A stretch of 64,000 bases of DNA, taken from contig JASTWF010000035.1 in the NCBI GenBank assembly GCA_030390025.1, positions 2,852,001-2,916,000 of the forward strand. Direction: 5' to 3'. The translations under genes were made by a program, and so were the position numbers. Under the pieces are notes generated by a model. That model saw nothing but the letters and a program-made list of their open reading frames with translations. It did no database searches and was not told the DNA's origin. This DNA comes from Squalus acanthias (lineage: Eukaryota). Each line of letters opens with the position of its first letter. Position 1 is the stretch's first letter. Shown here in pieces: positions 60,197 to 64,000 of this stretch.

Positions 60197-62600
60197 AAAT
60201 CATTGATATATACCACAAAAAGCAAGTGACCTAGTACTGAGCCCTGCGGAACCCCACTGGAAACAGCCTTCCAGTCACAAAAACACCCATCAACCATTAC
60301 CCTCTGCTTCCTGTCTCTGAGCCAATTTTGGATCCAACTTGCCACTTTGCCTTGGATCCCATGGGCTTTTACTTTCGTGACCAGCCTGCCATGTGGAACC
60401 TTATCAAATGCCTTGCTAAAATCCATATACACTACATCAAACGTACTACCCTCATTGACCCTCCTTGTTACCTTCTCAAAAAATTCAATCCAGTTAGTCA
60501 GACACGTCCTTCCCTTAACAAATCCATGCTGACTGTCCTTGATTAATCCATGTTTTTCTAAATGAAAATTTATCCTGTCCCTTAGAACTTTTTCCAATAA
60601 TTTTCCCACCACCAAGGTTAGGCTGACTGGCCTGTAATTACTTGGTCTATCCCTTTCTCCCTTTTTAAACAACGGAACAACGTTAGCAGTCCTCCAGTCC
60701 CCAGCACCACACCTGTAGCCAGAGAGGATTGGAAAATGATGGGTAGAGCCTCTGCTATTTCCTCTTTTGCTTCTCTTAACAGCCTGGGATACATTTCATC
60801 CGGGCCTGGGGATTTATCCACTTTCAAAGCTAAACCCCTTAATACTTCCTCTCTCACTATGTTTATTTCATCTAATATTTCACACTCTTCCTCCCTAATT
60901 GCAATGTCTACATCGCCCCTCTCTTTTGTGAAAACAGACGCAAAATATTCATTAAGAACCCTACCAACGTCTCCCGCCTCCACACACATTACCTTTATGG
61001 TCTTTAATAGGCCCTACTCTTACTTTAGTTATCCTCTTGCTCTTAATGTCTTTATAAAACATCTTTGGGTTTTCCTTGATTTTACTTGCCAAAGGGGGAC
61101 TCTCGATTTGTTAGTCCCACCCTTTTTCTTTAAGGGAACATACTTGCTCTGAACCCTCCAGATCTCCTCCTTGAATGCCTCCCACTGCTCTGACACTGAT
61201 TTACCTTCAAGAAGCTGTTTCCAGCCCACTTTGGCTAAATCCCATCTCAGCTTTTTAAAATTGGCTTTTCCCCAATTGAGAACTTTTATTCCTGGTCTAT
61301 CTTTGTCCTTTTCCATAACTACCCTAAATCTAACTGAATTATGATCACTACCACCAAAATGCTCCCTCACTGATACGCCTTCTACCTGCCCAGCTTCATT
61401 CCCTAAAACTAAGTCCCGAACCGCCCCCTCCCTTGTTGGGCTTATTACATACTGGCTAAAAAAGTTCTCCTGAATGCATTTTAGGAATTCCGCACCCTCT
61501 CTACCTTTCATACTAATTTTATCCCAGTTAATATTAGGGTTGTTAAAATCCCCGACTATTACTGCCCTATAGTTTTTGCACTTCTCAGAAATTTGCCTAC
61601 ATATTTGCTCTTCTATCTCCCTCTGACTGTTTGGGGATCTATAGTACACTCCCAGCAGTGTGATTGCCCCTTTTTTGTTCTTCAATTCAACCCATATGGC
61701 CTCGTTTGATGATCCTTCTAACATATCCCTCCTCACAGCTGTAATTGTTTCTTTAATCAATACTGTGACCCCCCCTCCTTTTTACCTCCCTCTCTATCCC
61801 ATCTGAAAATCCTGTAACCAGGAATGTTGAGCTGCCATACCTGCCCCTCTTTCAGCCACGTCTCTGTAATAGCTATAATATCATAGTCCCAAGTATCTAC
61901 CTGTGCTCTCAGCTCATCTGCCTTATTCCCTATACTCCTTGCATTGAAGTATATCCCATTTAGCACTGCCAAACTCCCTTGTTGTCTATTTTCTAACCCT
62001 TGCTTCCTCTGTCTTCCAAATTCACTTTCTACTTTTCTGCTTTCTTCTCTCCCTTTTGAATCTATTCTCAGGTTCCTATCCCCCCCGCCAAGCTAGTTTA
62101 AACCCTCCCCAACAGCACTAGCAAACCTTCCCGCAAGGATATTGGTCCCGGCTCCGTTGAGGTGTAACCAGTCCGGCTTGTAAAGTTCCAACCCCCCCCA
62201 GGAACGGTCCCAATGCCTCAGGAATCTAAAGCCCTCCCTCCTGCACCATCTCTCCAGCAATGCATTCATCTGCTCTATCCTCCTATTCCTGTACTCACTA
62301 GCACGTGGCACCAGGAGTAATCCGGAGATTACTACCTTTGAGGTCTTGCTTTTTAATCTCTTTCCTAGCTCCCTAAACTCTGCCTGCAGGACCTCATCCC
62401 TCTTTCTGCCTATGTTGTTGGTACCGATATGGACAACGACCTCTGGCTGTTCACCCTCCCCCCTCAGAATGCCCTGCAGCCGCTCGGTGATATCCTTGAC
62501 CCTGGCACCAGGGTGGCAACATACCATCCTGGAGTCACGTCTGTGGCTGCAGAATCCCCTACCACTGTTGCTCTTCCATTCTTCTTCCGCCATTCTTGTC
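60197..62600 (-). mobile_element. Disabled CR1 LINE: esterase ORF1, APE and N-terminal RT, with the 3' part missing
   Basis: ORFs 62093-62671 (HPGARV, HIGTNNI, DWLHL), 61757-61972, 61029-61760 (GDFN, SDHN), 60618-60989 and 60163-60672. Multiple frameshifts. Confidence 0.94.
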
Positions 62601-62850
62601 CCAGCAGTACAGCTACTTCCTGTCCCAGTATTGGTGCCAGTGTCCCATAAAATGGAATCCCTCCTTTTCACGCCAGCCTTTCAGCCATGCATCACTTTCC
62701 TGATCTGTCAATCCCTATTCCAATCAGCACGTGGTTCGGGTAGTAATCCTCAGATTACGATCCTCGAGGTCCTGCTTTTTAATTTAGCTCCTAGCACCTG
62801 ATACTCCCTTAGCAGGACCTCCTCCCTGTTCATTGTTTCCAACATGGATC
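62600..62850 (-). mobile_element. Additional CR1 ORF1 esterase fragment
   Basis: GTAATCCTCAGATTACGATCCTCGAGGTCCTGCTTTTTAAT parallels 62317-62360 (KVVISGLL region). Confidence 0.7.
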
Positions 62851-62851
62851 A

Positions 62852-64000
62852 TACTATAAAAAGGACATATAAGCACTGGAGAAAATGCAAAAAATATTTG
62901 CAAGGATGGTACCAGAACTGAGAGATAACAGCTATCGGGAAAGATTGAATAGGTTGAAGTTTTTTTTTAGAAAACAGTAAACTTAGAGGTGACCTGATAG
63001 AGGTCTTTAAAATTATGAATGGGTTGGACGAGGTAGATGTGTAGAGAATGTTTCCACTAGTGGAAGAATCCAAAACTAAGGGCCATAAATCTTGATATAT
63101 ATATATATTAATGACTTGGACTTGGCACAATTTCAAAATTTGCAGATGACACAAAACTTGGAAGTATAGTGAACAGTGAGGAGGATAGCGATCGACTTCA
63201 AGAAGACAGACAGGCTGGTGGAATGGGTGGACACGTGGCAGATGAAATTTAACACAGAAAAGTGTGAAGTGATACATTTTGGTAGGAAGAACGAGGAGAG
63301 GCAATATAAACTATAGGGTACAATCCTAAAGGGGGTGCATGAACAGAGAGACCTGGGGGTATATGTGCACAAATCGTTGAAGGTGTCAGGGCAGGTTGAG
63401 AAAGCAGTTAAAAATCATACGGGATACTGTGCTTCATAAATAGAGGCATAGAGTACAAAAGCGTGGAAATTATGATGAACCTGTATAAAACACTGGTTCG
63501 GCCTCAACTGGAGTATTGTGTCCAATTCTGGACACCACACTTTAGGAAGGATGTGAAGGCCTTAGAGAAGGTGCAGAAAAAATTTGCAAGAATGGTTCCA
63601 GGGTTGAGGGACTTCAGTTAGGTGGATAGACTGGAGAAGCTGGGGTTGTTCTCCTTAGAGCAGAGAAGATTGAGAGGAGATTTGATAGAGATGTTCAAAA
63701 TCATGAGGGGTCTAGACAGAGTAGATAGAGAGAAACTGTTCCTATTGGTGGTAGGGTCGAGAACCAGAGGATACAGATTTAAGGTGATTGGCAGAAGAAC
63801 CAAAGGCGACATGAGGAAAAACTTTTTTACGCAGCGAGTAGTTAGGATCTGGAATGCGCTGCCTGAAAGGGTGATGGAGGCAGACTCAATCGTGGCTTTC
63901 AAAAAGGAATTGGATAAGTACCTGAAGGAAAAATATTTGCAGGGCTACGGGGAAAGGGCGGGGGAGTGGGACTAGCTGAAGTGCTCCTGCAGAGAGCTGG
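62852..64000 (+). mobile_element. CR1 3' fragments (older piece ~62852-63092; younger piece ~63095 to the window edge)
   Basis: FADDTKLG at ~63138, RPQLEYCVQFW, and ORF 63622-63975 ending LQGYGERAGEWD*. Confidence 0.93.

Overview
Eukaryotic genomic DNA, most likely from a cartilaginous fish (shark). This is inferred from the SacSINE1/DeuSINE-type SINEs and esterase-bearing CR1 LINEs. No bacterial genes and no CRISPR array are present. Layout: (1) 1-29,302 is a very homogeneous 35/33-bp tandem satellite that runs off the left edge and ends directly on a polypyrimidine tract and 3' splice site. (2) Two candidate phase-1/phase-1 exons of an unidentified + strand host gene (29,338-29,541 and 31,570-31,614) splice into one open frame. 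(3) 30-33 kb holds a 172-bp foldback MITE and decayed Harbinger-like remnants. (4) 32.75-36.6 kb is a G-rich 51-bp minisatellite whose unit matches the last codons and stop of CR1 ORF2. (5) 37-64 kb is a dense stack of nested retroelements: several CR1 families (one with an uninterrupted 934-codon APE+RT ORF2 and an SGNH-esterase ORF1), a second LINE family with its tail-sharing SINE, two DeuSINE-type SINEs and non-autonomous TIR elements. I found no convincing novel protein-coding system. The most notable signals are structural: the LINE-derived minisatellite, the satellite that must supply the branch point if the exon call is right, and the unidentified host exons. Family names come from motif recognition only, with no database search, and many TE boundaries are approximate to tens of bp.
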